A stretch of 63,451 bases of DNA, filler included, from an uncultured Chlamydiae bacterium (lineage in GTDB: Bacteria > Chlamydiota > Chlamydiia > Chlamydiales > SM23-39): the NCBI GenBank assembly GCA_937899275.1. It is 12 parts of 12 records of this genome, joined end to end, with 100 filler letters (N's around TTAATTAATTAA, not from the genome) between each part and the next. Parts side by side here need not be neighbours in the genome. Positions count along the whole stretch, not along the records: positions 34,533 to 44,817 come from CALBPE010000057.1; positions 44,918 to 46,020 come from CALBPE010000060.1; positions 46,121 to 47,218 come from CALBPE010000061.1; positions 47,319 to 52,985 come from CALBPE010000062.1; 8 more parts are not named here. One strand, 5' to 3'. A program made the translations under genes and the position numbers. This document shows, piece after piece, positions 39,951-51,250 of the stretch (positions are counted from its first letter, which is position 1; each line of letters starts with the position of its first letter). The notes under the pieces are model-generated. The model saw nothing but the letters and a program-made list of their open reading frames with translations. It made no database searches and had not been told where the DNA came from.

Positions 39951-39988
39951 AGCGCCTTAAGGATCTTATCTTAAGGCGCTATGTTTTG
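39951..39988 (+). terminator. Hairpin terminator after hsp20 (possibly bidirectional)
   Basis: AGCGCCTTAAG-N8-CTTAAGGCGCT flanked by A- and T-rich tracts. Confidence 0.7.
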
Positions 39989-40014
39989 ATTCACCCTATA
40001 TTTAGGAGAAAAAA

Positions 40015-40536
40015 ATGAACCTAATCGAGAACTGCAAGGCATTTGCGCTATCTACGAGCCGATTTTTATGGAGTATTCCCGTGGATGTTGGTCAGTACTA
40101 TCAAGAACAAATGCAATCTCCCGATACAGCATTTAAGCAAGTTGTAGAGATATCTACTGTGATGAGCTGCGCCTTTTCTGATCAGTTACCCTCTATAGAG
40201 GGATCTGGTTTTGGAAGAATTGTTTTCCCCTATTTAGCAGGAAAATTTGTTTACCCTTTAGGTAGCCGCTTTTTGCCGCTTACTGGGAGTCCGCAGTTAA
40301 ACCGTTTACTGATGGCTGTCGCTGCCGTTATGCGCACTTATATGCAGATGGTACAATGCGTAGATGCGCAACATGGGGGAAAAGAGCCGCCATTTCCGCT
40401 ATTTACTCTGGATGCGCTCAAGGTTACATGCATCATATTGACCGGCGTAGTAACGGGCGAAATAGTTCGTAAAGAAGTGAAAACGCGCGACCTACCTGCA
40501 CGCGAACAAAAGACCGGGGAAAGCCCGATCTTTTAG
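40015..40536 (+). CDS. Hypothetical protein with hydrophobic segments
   Basis: AGGAG RBS, 173 aa. Confidence 0.65.
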   Translation: MNLIENCKAFALSTSRFLWSIPVDVGQYYQEQMQSPDTAFKQVVEISTVMSCAFSDQLPSIEGSGFGRIVFPYLAGKFVYPLGSRFLPLTGSPQLNRLLMAVAAVMRTYMQMVQCVDAQHGGKEPPFPLFTLDALKVTCIILTGVVTGEIVRKEVKTRDLPAREQKTGESPIF

Positions 40537-40604
40537 GAAATAAAAAAATCTCTCGTGCATTTGTATGCAATTTGCTATGTGTAAAGCAAAGATGAGGGTT
40601 ATCC

Positions 40605-41279
40605 ATGAAAAGAATCTATTTATTTCCCATGTTGCTATCTTTGTGCGTGATTTCTTGTGATCGCGGCGCAAAGGAAAATCCATCTGATACCGCTCTAGAA
40701 AGATTGATGAAAGGCAATGAGCGTTTTGTGCAAAATCAGCCGATCTACCAAAATCGCAGCGAGGAGTTTAGAAAAAAGCGGATGCAAAAGACGTATCCTT
40801 TTGCAATTATTGTGGCAAGTTCTAGTTCGAGAGCCTCTCCTGAAATCATTTTTGATCAAGGATTAGGTGAGCTTTTTGTGATCCGAACAGCAGGCAATGT
40901 GATTTGTCCATCTCAAATGGATTCTGTTCGCTACGCTTTAACGCATTTTTCTCCCGACCTTGTTTTAGTTGTAGGCGAGCAAGACTCAGGCGTAGTCAAC
41001 GCTGTTTTAGAGGGAAATACAGAAGCTATTCCTGCGATTGCAAAGAAAATCCAACCGGCTGTATCTATGGAAAGAAAACAAGATCTAAAAGATCCTTTAG
41101 AAGCTGCTATCAAGCAAAATGCAATCAACGTGAAAAAAACCATTGAAAACGATCCGGTGATCCGCAGAATGATCTCCAAAAATGAGGTGAGTGTAAAAGC
41201 TGCTTATCATAGTTTAGATAAAGGCAGCGTTCATCTGATTCAAGAAAAAAACGCCCCTCATCTTAAAGAAGCTCCTTAA
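40605..41279 (+). CDS. Beta-carbonic-anhydrase-like lipoprotein lacking Zn ligands
   Basis: Lipobox VISC; L.RL.KGN.RF, SR..PEIIFDQGLGELFVIRTAGN. Confidence 0.85.
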   Translation: MKRIYLFPMLLSLCVISCDRGAKENPSDTALERLMKGNERFVQNQPIYQNRSEEFRKKRMQKTYPFAIIVASSSSRASPEIIFDQGLGELFVIRTAGNVICPSQMDSVRYALTHFSPDLVLVVGEQDSGVVNAVLEGNTEAIPAIAKKIQPAVSMERKQDLKDPLEAAIKQNAINVKKTIENDPVIRRMISKNEVSVKAAYHSLDKGSVHLIQEKNAPHLKEAP

Positions 41280-44200
41280 AAAATATAGGTAAAGCGCGCG
41301 CTTGCATCTCTTTTGACATAGTCGGGAGAAAAAGCGCCGCCTATATAGAATGTTAAGGAAAACGGATCTTTAGAAAAATCTACGCTAATCTCTGGTGTAA
41401 ATGCGCTCAACGTTTTATTCAAGCCGTTTACGCTGAAAAACGCATCAGACGCGATAGAAGAAAACTTTGCCGGAATCTGTATTTTATTTAGCGGGGTTTG
41501 CACGCTCCAAGCAGCTTTTAAAGAGATATTTGTGGAGGCGCGCTGCGTATTTATAAGATACGCGCTTTTTAAACCGATATCTGCTGCAAGAAGATGCGAG
41601 GTATTAGGATCGATGAAAAGAGAAAAAGCGTTGGAGCCTTTTTCCTGGTAGCTCTCTTGAAAAAGCGCGCTATACTCAACGTTTGCAAATAGTGAAAGTA
41701 GCTCATCTTTTAATATAAAATATTTTCCACATAGATGCGCTGCAATAGAGGCGCCGTTATGCACGCTTTTGCATGTTTCACTGATATCGCTATACTCCAC
41801 TTTTCTTGTTTGATCGTAGATCTGCCAGCTGGTGAAAAGGCCTAGATCAAATGCGCATAATGGGTAGTCGATCAGACCGTATAAAGTCGTGTAAAAGTAT
41901 TGAGAATTAGCGCTACTAGAAGAGCTTTTCCAGTTGGTGTCGCTATACGAGTATCCAATGGATCCTCCCGCTAACATTTGGGGCATAAAAATCCGATTAT
42001 AGCCGATTTGCAGTTGTAATGCGCTTTCACTAAATCCCGGTAGATCGTGGATTGGGTTGTAGCTTGCGTAGCTATAGGTAGGCTGCGCCCAGAGGTGATG
42101 ATTACGCTGATTATCTTTTAAAGAAAAATCGGTGGGAAAGGCGCGTTTTACCAAAGACAAATGCGCTACGTCAATAGCGCCGAAAAGCGCAGGGGTCCAG
42201 TTAGAAAGCGCTTGGTTTAGATCGCTATCTGATAAGCTACTTGCCGATAAAATCGCAGGAAGTAGGGGAGAGCTGCCAGGCAGCTCAAATTCATTTAAGT
42301 AGCGGCGTAAAGAAGAGGCGCTACCAGATGCAAAATCAGTACCAATAAAATAAATCGATTCTAACAACGTAAGCTCTGCTACGGTATTGCCGTTGGTTCT
42401 TGTCAAAGAAAAAGGGATATTTGCGCTATTGACTATTTCAGACCATAGCTGATTGATCCCTTCCGATGCTTCTAAGATATTGTAGGTTTCTCCTTTAATG
42501 ATGGTCCCTTTTGGAGGAAGTATTTCTAATACGGCGCCAGTTTCAATTGTAGCTGTTCCTGAAGCGATGATCCTATCGCTTAAAGAGCCGTCGATCTCTA
42601 GCTCGTATACAGATCCTGCGCTTTGCGCGTAGTTACCTGTAATCACAATTGTTCCAATGGAATTTCCAGGTGCGACGCAGCCAGCATGTAGCGATAAATT
42701 TGCATATGTTCCTTCTCCATATACCCGTCCCCCTTCCAAGATCGTATCACCCATAAAGCCGTTGCCTGCAAGAAAAGCGCCTTTTTCTACTTTGATCAAC
42801 GCGTTGAGTAATGAGGCGTTTTTTTGATCAGAATTTTGCAGGACTAAGGATCCCTCGTCGATTGCAAGGGTGGCATTTAACTCGCAGTTACTAGATAAGG
42901 TAAGCGTTCCAGGACCTTTTTTGCTTAAAATACCTTCTCCTTTCAGAGCTCCATCTACTTGGAAAGAGGCATTTTTTTCTACGCAGATCTCTCCTTGTGA
43001 TGAAGATACGGTAAATTCTTGATCACTATAGATGGAAGATAAGATAGTAAGAGAGCCTCCTTCATTAAAATCGACGCCCGTACCTAAATTAGACGCCTTA
43101 TGGATATGAAGAGAGCCTTCTTTAATTTGCGTGCCTAAGCTATACGTATTTTCTCCTTGAAGATAGGCCTTTCCTTTGCCTTTTTTAACCAAAGACCCTT
43201 CGCCTTGGATCGTTCCCGTACTAGAAAAAGATGCCGATGCATCGATATCAAGTATCGTGGTATCTTGTTCTAATTGTAGAGGCTGATCTGTGGTAAAGTG
43301 ATCTTTCACATGTAAAGATCCCTTTTCGATGATGAAAGAGCCTCTACCTAAACAGCGTCCCTTGCCTAGCTCTAATACCCCTCCGTTTAAAGTAAATGAT
43401 CCTGTAAAAGGAGCATCTCCTGTAATTTTCAGCTTACCTTGTCCTTCTTTACTCACGCTTCCTGTGCCAGATAAGGGTCCGCTCAAGGTGAGAGTCGTTC
43501 CTTTTTTCGGATGAAACACCGAGTTTTCTGTGAGGGAAATAGGTGAGCTAATCAAGGTGTTTTCTAAAGTGCGAAGCTCTCCTTTTGCGATTTTGATGCC
43601 AGATTATCCTAAACAGGTTTCTGATCTAATGCAAAGAGCGCCCTCTTTTATAAAAGTAATCCCTTCGTAAGTATTTTCCCCTTCAACAAAAAGGGTTCCC
43701 GGTCCCGTTTTTGTCATAGGAAACTCTCCTGATATAGGACCTGCCCAATAAGCTGTATGGTCTTTGTGTACAGAAATTGCGCCTGCACTTTCTAATTGCA
43801 GGGGATTATGCACGGTACAAGCATCATGTAAGGTACACGTGCCTCCTGCAAGATGAAGGGCTCCTTTTCCAAGCGCTGTACTTCTTTTAACTACAAGCGA
43901 TCCTTCTTCTATATACGTTCCTCCAGCATATACATTTTCTCCAGATAAAATGAGTTCACCTAGCTCTTTTTTATGCACGCTTCCCATCCCTTCAATCGTT
44001 CCATCAATAAGAAGAAAGTGGTTTTCTGGGACTAAAATTGCGCCAGATGTTTTCATGAAAATAGGTTTTTTTTCCAGGGTATGAGAAGCTTTTAAAGAGC
44101 CCCCATCGATTACGATCTTCCCTTTGCCGACGCTAGCATTTGGGGCAATTTCTAAAATCCCTTCTTTAATGAACGTATTGCCTTCGTAGGTATGTCCATT

Positions 44201-44817
44201 TTGGATACAAAGAAGCCCTGTTCCTTTTTTCATAAGATGGCCTTTGCCCTCCACTTTGTTCAAAAGATCCATTTGGACGGTGCCTGGGGTGATGAATGTG
44301 GCATAGGCATCGACAATGACCGTTTTTTCCAGTTGTAGATCGCTTAAAGCGGTAAGCGTTCCTGTAGAAAAGGTGGGGAAAAACACAGGTCCTTTACCCA
44401 AGTTTTTTTGACTATGAATTGCAAGCGATCCCTCTACAATAGTAGTTGAGCCTTCATAGGTATTTTCTCCTGCTAATAAAAGGTCTCCTTTGCCTTGTTT
44501 CGTGATGGATCCTTGTCCTTTAATAGATCCTTCTAAGAAAAGCTGCGACGCCTGAGGTGTATTGATTGTCGCTTTTCCTTCTACAAGTAGCGAGTTTGTC
44601 AAGCTAGCATCTTGTCTAGAAAGAAGCGTTCCAGAGCTTTTCTCAGGAAAGTAAATGGGGCTTTTACCTAAGTGTTTTTGCTCTGCAAAAGAAAGATTTC
44701 CCTCTTCTACGATGATGCTGCCTGTGCTATGATTTTCTCCGGCTAAGATGAGCGTGCCTTTGCCTGATTTTTTAAAAGAAGAAGATCCGTAGGTGGGCGC
44801 TTTTAGCACAAAAGATG
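41276..44817 (-). CDS. Autotransporter with PATR passenger repeats, 5'-truncated, in-frame TAA 43604-43606
   Basis: Repeated K.G.G.L.L.GEN.Y.G.T.I.EG.L, VAPGNSIG, C-terminal beta-barrel ending YIF; the two ORFs are in frame across the stop. Confidence 0.9.
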
Positions 44818-44917
44818 NNNNNNNNNNNNNNNNNNNNNNNNNNNNNNNNNNNNNNNNNNNNTTAATTAATTAANNNNNNNNNNNNNNNNNNNNNNNNNNN
44901 NNNNNNNNNNNNNNNNN
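44818..44917. other. Artificial contig linker
   Basis: N44-TTAATTAATTAA-N44. Confidence 0.99.
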
Positions 44918-44918
44918 T

Positions 44919-46020
44919 ATGAAGCGCCTTTTTTTTGTTTTGCCCCTTTTTTTTCTTTCTTCACTCTTTTCTGAAGAAGCTTCTTCTTTAACAGCTCAAA
45001 CAGATCCAACAGAAGAAGCTGTTTTATTTGAAGACACAAGAAGAGATCCTGATATGGAAGCTTTAAGAAAGTGGATTCGGGAAAAAAGATTGATCACCTT
45101 AAAAGAAACCAGTGGTCAGCTTTCTTTAAGCGGGGATGTGAGAACTGATTTTTCTACCATTAATGAAAAAAAAGACGGCATCCGTCAGAGAGGCAACAAT
45201 TCTGCTACGGGAAGATCTTCTAGGCCTTACAACGTTGCTTTCAACTTTCTTATGGACTACCGAACAGACCGCACCTGGTCTTCTGTGTTTTTACAGTACA
45301 AAAACCCGATGGGTATTCAAGACGGCGGCGTAGATGGTATTCGTCTTTTACGGGCCTTTCTTGGAGGTAGAATGGTTCAAGGTGACACTTTTACGTTCGA
45401 TGGCGAGCTCGGAAGAAGATCTTTAGGAGGTGTTTTTGATTCAAAGATTCAATTCAATAATGCGTTAGATGGATCTGTTGTTCGTTTCGGAAAAGCCTTC
45501 GAAGATATCGGAGATTACTACACAAATCTAGCGGTTTTCCTTGTGAATACAAAAAGAGATTACTATGCTTATGCGGGGGAAATGGGCTTTTTGAATATAG
45601 GAAATACAGGACTTTTTCTTAAAGGATCTTATATAGATTGGAAAAAAAATAATGGAAAGCTTCCTATTGACCGTCAGTTCAATTTTAGAGTGTCTCAAGC
45701 GCAAATAGGTTATCAGTTTGCTCCAAGTTTTTTAGAAAAGCTTGTCCGGTTTTACGCAGCGGTAGCTTACAATGATGCAGCAGATACGATCAGTCAAGTG
45801 TTTGATCCAGAGGTGGAGGGAGCTCCTACAGAAAGCCAACAAGCGCAGTTAGAAAAAATCCTTAAAGATCCCGACGCATAAGATAATTGGGCTTGGTATG
45901 CCGGGGTTTCTGTTGGAAAAGCCAGAAAGCAAGGAGACTGGGCGTTTGATGTAAACTACCAATGGGTAGGTTTTCAAGCGATCCCTGATTTCGATGCAGC
46001 AGGAATTGGTCGTGGTAATG
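44919..46020 (+). CDS. Chlamydial putative porin (CT623/CHLPN-76kDa-homolog-like), in-frame TAA 45879-45881, 3'-truncated
   Basis: Signal peptide, LSGDVR; continues past the stop as DNWAWYAG...KQGDW...GIGRGN. Confidence 0.75.
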
Positions 46021-46120
46021 NNNNNNNNNNNNNNNNNNNNNNNNNNNNNNNNNNNNNNNNNNNNTTAATTAATTAANNNNNNNNNNNNNNNNNNNNNNNN
46101 NNNNNNNNNNNNNNNNNNNN
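46021..46120. other. Artificial contig linker
   Basis: N44-TTAATTAATTAA-N44. Confidence 0.99.
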
Positions 46121-46420
46121 GGGTGGTTTCCAAATACCATGTTAATGCAACAGCATTTTGATCATGGAAGGATTAGAGGTGTAGAAAATGGAGTTCCGGT
46201 TGTTCGAGCAGCTAATACAGGAATCACTGCATCCATCGATGCGTTCGGCAGAATTCAAAAAGCGCTTTGCCCCTCTTTTGATGCAAAAAAGCGGGTAGCA
46301 AAAGCTCTTTTTGCAAAAGTGCCTTTGTATTCTTAATCAACCCTTTATACCGTTAGGGGCGAAAGCTTCATTTAAGGGATCGGTTTTATTATCTGGTCTT
46401 TCATATTACTCCGATTTTTT
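46121..46420 (+). CDS. lnt: Apolipoprotein N-acyltransferase C-terminus (in-frame TAAs at 46334 and 46373; end approximate)
   Basis: WF...QH...R..ENG.P.VRAANTG.TA.ID..G; then TLY...G and a TM helix; upstream of lpxC. Confidence 0.85.
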
Positions 46421-46497
46421 CAAAGTAAGCTCGGTAAGGTTACAAGGAAAACCGCTTGCTCAAAAAATAGCCGTTCGATACCTTCTTAGAAAAAGTT

Positions 46498-47218
46498 GTG
46501 AGAAATCGATTGATCCCATGTCAGCATACAATTGCTCGTGAAGTGCGCTTATCCGGAAAAGGACTTTTTACTGGATCTTCTGTTTATTTAGAACTCAAAC
46601 CGTCTGCCCCCAATTCAGGGATTATTTTTCATAGGAAAGACTTAGGGATTGAAGCAAAAGTTCCTGCAAATTTTCGTTATGTTTTTTCCACTTTTCGTTC
46701 GACTTGTCTAGAAAAAAACGGCGTGCGTGTCTTAATGGTAGAGCATCTACTTTCTGCTTTGAAAGCTTTTGGTATTGATAACGTTGAAGTGGTTTTAACA
46801 GCCCCTGAAGTTCCCTGTGGAGATGGTAGCGCTTCTCTTTTCGTAGAGCTTCTTGAAGAAGCAGGTAAGGTTTCACAAGATGCTTTAAGAAAAGTATGGA
46901 AAGTTCACCAACCTGTTTATTGGACCAATCATAAAGCGCATTTAGTAGCGCTTCCTTCAGAAGATTTTCAAATTAGCTATACACTACACTACCCCCATTC
47001 GAAAATTTTAGATAGTCAGTATTTTTCCCTTGTTTTAGAAAAAAATAGGTATGTAGAAGAGATTTCCCAGTGTAGAACTTTTGCGCTTCAAGAAGAAGTA
47101 GACGGCCTTATGAAAAAAGGGCTGCTTTTGGATGCAGGATTAGAAAACGGGATTTTGATTCGAGATGATGCCGTGATGAACGAAGGAGGTCTTCGTTTTT
47201 CCACAGAAATGGCTAGGC
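46498..47218 (+). CDS. lpxC: UDP-3-O-acyl-GlcNAc deacetylase (3'-truncated)
   Basis: Q.TI...V..SG.GL.TG, VEHLLSAL..GIDN, E.P..DGSA, RTF. Confidence 0.93.
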
Positions 47219-47318
47219 NNNNNNNNNNNNNNNNNNNNNNNNNNNNNNNNNNNNNNNNNNNNTTAATTAATTAANNNNNNNNNNNNNNNNNNNNNNNNNN
47301 NNNNNNNNNNNNNNNNNN
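47219..47318. other. Artificial contig linker
   Basis: N44-TTAATTAATTAA-N44. Confidence 0.99.
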
Positions 47319-47510
47319 CTACAACGCCTGGATCTTCAATTTTTTTGTGGTTGGGATCTGATGGCATTTTTTTTACAAATTTTTGCATTCTATCGATGGG
47401 GTCTTTTAAAAAGATGGCGTGACCTAAGGTTTCACTCATCTCGTTTGTACCTGGAAGTCTAGGATGTTTTGGTCAATACGGTCTTGGCTTCACAAGGACA
47501 TCTGTATGGT
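47319..47510 (-). pseudogene. Degenerate tryptophanyl-tRNA synthetase-like fragment
   Basis: RLPGTNEMSETLGHAIFLKD...MPSDPNHKKIEDPGVV vs TrpRS RLPG.DG..KMSKSLGN.I.L.D...M.TDP.H....DPG.VE. Confidence 0.55.
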
Positions 47511-47831
47511 AGGTGCGACCGACTTCTAGAAACCACCTGCGATTTTCATGTAGGTGAGCGCTGGAGGAAAATCCGCGTAAACAACGTGAGTAGCGTTTAA
47601 ATCAAGAGATCCAGCGAAGAACGTCTGTAGCAAGGCTTTTTCCTAATAGAGAATCCTGTTTAAGAGTATCCATAGCTGTTGTTGTAGAAATACATGAAGA
47701 CTAGCTTAGCGATAAAAGCTACATTGCAGTAAAGAATCGAGGATAAATAGATAAAAAAAGAACCTTAAGAGAGCTAGTCTGTAAATTTTGTAGAAAAATT
47801 GTTGCTTAATCTCCTGGTTTTTCCTGGATTT

Positions 47832-48699
47832 TTAGTTTTCAGATATTGCTGTTATCGGCATCTTTTGCTTGTGGTATGGGGAAGGTCTTTGGTATGAGGA
47901 ACTGCCCCTCGAGGCACTTGACTGTAGTTTGTTTCTATTTACCAGTTTGACATGCTTTGCAGAAGGAGATAACTTTCTTCTAATTGCTCTACGGGAAATT
48001 GGGTAGGGTAGAGTTGGGCTGCAAGATAGATCTGGCTGCATGTTAAGAGCGTTAGACCGCTCTTGTGGTGTGAGAATAAAATGTTCTATAGGAATATCTT
48101 CTTTTGTTTGCAGGCCAAATCGTAAAGACCAGGGAGTTCGAAGGGGAGATGCCTTTTTGATGTAATCATATATGTAGTTAGACTGTTTAATTACTGCGTT
48201 TATATTGTGTATCAATTCATTCAATTCGTTATTTACCTGTATATTCTATTGTGGCGTTTACTAAACAGGATTGATTGTTTTGTAGACTTATGTAGAGCGC
48301 TTTTATCAGATGTAACGAGGCGTCGCATGCTTTAGCAAGGTCTTTGGCTTTTCGGATAAATTCTTCAATATAAACATAATTTTTCGTGATAGCGCGTAGA
48401 TCAATTTCGTTCGACTTTTGTTCCACCGCCCATTTTATCCGGCGTAGATAGTTAAGAAGAGGAAAAGGCATGCAGGCCTTCGAATTAGAATATCTATTTG
48501 CATCCTGTTGTTTGCGCGCCACCTTTGTAAAGAAAGGAGCATATTTTTGGAAGAATGCGCCGCTAGCATCTTTCCACTGCACAAAAGGATGGCCATATTT
48601 CTGCACAAAATCTTGGAAGTCGTAAATACCATGTTTGTTTAGAGGGGAATTCTCCAAACCCTGAGAACTTGGAACTGTGCTAAAAGTCATAGAATTCAT
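47832..48699 (-). CDS. Orphan family member 1, split into two out-of-frame ORFs
   Basis: PFVQW...FFQKYAPFF motif; ORFs 48229-48699 and 47832-48224. Confidence 0.55.
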
Positions 48700-48887
48700 G
48701 AAAACTCCTTTATAATAGCGAATATTTTAGGAGTTTTTATGAATTAAAATAAAGAATTATAATAAATAAAATAATTAATTTTATTAAATTAAAAATTTAA
48801 TTTATTTTTCTCTCTTTAGAATTAGCCTGCTCTATGGTGATCTTTTTAATCACCTGGGTTATATTCTTTTCAGTTTGTGTTGAGGTA

Positions 48888-49769
48888 TCAGCCTTTCAGC
48901 TTATGCCATTCACTAAGAGTATGATTTGTATACCATGTACAGGAAGTAATCTGCTGCTGCCGTTTATCCGTAGCTTTCTCTGATAAGGAACGTGGTTTTT
49001 CTAAAAGGTTTTTCTTAATATGACTAATATAAGATGTCATTTGTGGAGCTAAATATCTGAATTTGCCTGTAAATGTTGTATCATCATTGTTCAGCGGTAC
49101 AGTCGTAATATAGTTTAGAATGGAATTTATAGCTTGGGTAAAACGTTTAACTTCTTCAGACGTATGTTGATATAAAGATGTCTTTTCTAGAGGGGTATTT
49201 TCATAAGTATAAGCCTTAAGCCTGCGCAATTTTTCGCCATATTCACATAAACTTTTCGCTTGTTTTATCATCTTCAAAATATCTGACCAATGCTTGTCCG
49301 CTAAGTTTATGGTATCTTTTTGGTTAAATTCTTTATTTTCTGCATCGATTTGGGGTATTAGTTCCAATAATCTAATCATTATTTCGATCCGTTTAATGGC
49401 AGGGGCTACGTCTATTGTCTCCACGTTCACATGATAAAATTTCTTTGTCTTTGGGTTGTATACTTTTTTAGTTTCGAGCCCCTGTTTAAAAAAAACACCA
49501 TATGTGTCGAAAAATTCCTTTTTAACATTAGCCCATTTTTTAAAAATGCACCTTTTTCTCGATGAATAATTAGAGTAATTTTTATTGATAAGAGCAGGAA
49601 TCTCCCACGTAGTATTCTTTTCTAGATCGATCCTAAATATTTTTGTAGGAGAACTGCTTTCGAGCGCAGATTTTAGCGGAGCTTTTTTTATTGAGTGAGG
49701 AGTTTGTTGTCTTGATTCATATGTGCTAGCCGGGGAAGTGCCCGTAGATAACGGTCGTACAATATCCAT
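48888..49769 (-). CDS. Orphan family member 2
   Basis: CIFKKW...EFFDTYGVFF...TIDVAP. Confidence 0.7.
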   Translation of the reverse strand: MDIVRPLSTGTSPASTYESRQQTPHSIKKAPLKSALESSSPTKIFRIDLEKNTTWEIPALINKNYSNYSSRKRCIFKKWANVKKEFFDTYGVFFKQGLETKKVYNPKTKKFYHVNVETIDVAPAIKRIEIMIRLLELIPQIDAENKEFNQKDTINLADKHWSDILKMIKQAKSLCEYGEKLRRLKAYTYENTPLEKTSLYQHTSEEVKRFTQAINSILNYITTVPLNNDDTTFTGKFRYLAPQMTSYISHIKKNLLEKPRSLSEKATDKRQQQITSCTWYTNHTLSEWHKLKG

Positions 49770-49860
49770 GAATAACCCTTTTATGTGATGAAGTGTAAAT
49801 ATTGGGATTAATTATAATACATTTATTTTGTAAAAGTCGAGTGCAATTAAAATGTTATAA
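49766..49860 (-). promoter_or_regulatory. Shared upstream region / putative sigma66 promoter, copy 1
   Basis: Similar to 51147-51240; TCGACT-N18-TATAAT, AAAAGGGT RBS. Confidence 0.65.
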
Positions 49861-49979
49861 GTTCAAATTAATTAAAAAATTCTTTTGTATATGAGCCTTT
49901 GGTAGAAAAATCTAGGTTTGAAAAACCCGAACAAGTAGGCAAATTCAATGAGTAAAATCGTTTGTTTTTCTAAATGATA

Positions 49980-50237
49980 CAAAAACTGATGGTCTTAAGA
50001 GTAGTGACAGCTTACAGTTTTGAGAGTAACGGTATCTCAGAAGCATGTGTCAAAACGTTTAAGAGAGATTTACCCATGAAATGCCATAAGCAATAACCAA
50101 AGATGCAGCAGAAAAACTACATGCAGGGTTGGAAGATTGCAATAAGCGCCAAATCAAGCGCTTACTACGTGCTCTTAACGCGAGAGCGCATAGTAAAAAG
50201 CTAGCACGAGTGGTTTTTGTAAAGGGGGGCTATTTCA
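49980..50237 (+). mobile_element. IS2-like remnant (OrfB fragment + terminal IR; start approximate)
   Basis: TAYSFESNGISEACVKTFKRD; end reads TGAAATAGCCCCCC on minus strand. Confidence 0.65.
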
Positions 50238-50259
50238 TATAGCCCCTGTTGGTCTTTTA

Positions 50260-51150
50260 CTACTCAGGTATTGATGCTAGCGGTGTATGGTCTTTGACAT
50301 ATGTGTTTTGACGACGCTTTTCCTTAGGTGATATCTTTGGCAGTTGTTTCTGCTTTGGGGAAGGGGATAATATTTGTGCGTGCGATATAGCAGATTGTAT
50401 AGTTTTATACTCAGATTTTTCTAAAGTGATCTTTTTAATCGTCTGGGCTGCATTTTTTATGGTTTTTGCTCTAGTCCATTTAGTTTTTCTTTGCCAAGAG
50501 ACGCTTGGAGGGAGGATATACTTTTCATAAGAGCTAGGATTTGACGCAAAAAGTGGTTTTCTTAAAGGGCGCGTTTTTGCGGTGTTTTCCATATGAGATG
50601 TAATTTTTTTAGATAATTCGTCAAAATTTCTATAATTTTTTTCTGTTATAGTCTGCACGGCATTTCTAAGCACTGCAACTTCTCTGTAGGTATTTTTATA
50701 TTCAGAAGTCTCAGATAGTGGTTTTTTTTCAACACTACAATTCTTTACAGCATCTAATGTATGTCTTGTAGTTCGATATAGTTGCTTCGCTTTTGTTATC
50801 ATTGTCCGAACTGCTAAATGATGAGAGCACAATTCGCGTATTTCTTCTTTTGATAATCTATTTTTTTTTGCGTATAGTTTGATCATTTTATTCATCAAGG
50901 TAGTGGTGGGACCCACATTTATTGTGGTAATTACACGAACTTTACCATTTTGACGTACAACTGCGTCTGTGTATTCTATTGTGAAAAAAGTACTATACTT
51001 CTTAAAAAATTTCTTTTTGTTGCTGTCCCAGATTTTAAAAACGCATTCGTTGTTTATTAAATAGATAGAATAAGGAAAACGCTTGATTACATGAGAACTT
51101 TGATTAGACGTAGGCATACCCCTATATCCACTAGATGCGGAAATACTCAT
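50260..51150 (-). CDS. Orphan family member 3 (basic)
   Basis: CVFKIW...KFFKKYSTFF...TINVGP; ATG 51150. Confidence 0.7.
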   Translation of the reverse strand: MSISASSGYRGMPTSNQSSHVIKRFPYSIYLINNECVFKIWDSNKKKFFKKYSTFFTIEYTDAVVRQNGKVRVITTINVGPTTTLMNKMIKLYAKKNRLSKEEIRELCSHHLAVRTMITKAKQLYRTTRHTLDAVKNCSVEKKPLSETSEYKNTYREVAVLRNAVQTITEKNYRNFDELSKKITSHMENTAKTRPLRKPLFASNPSSYEKYILPPSVSWQRKTKWTRAKTIKNAAQTIKKITLEKSEYKTIQSAISHAQILSPSPKQKQLPKISPKEKRRQNTYVKDHTPLASIPE

Positions 51151-51240
51151 AAACAACCCTTTTATATAATTAAATTTAAATAACGGAATTAATTATAATG
51201 CATTTATTTTGTAAAGTCGAGTTAAAGTAAAATCTTATAG
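51147..51240 (-). promoter_or_regulatory. Shared upstream region / putative sigma66 promoter, copy 2
   Basis: TCGACT-N17-TATAAT. Confidence 0.65.
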
Positions 51241-51250
51241 ATTAGAATTA

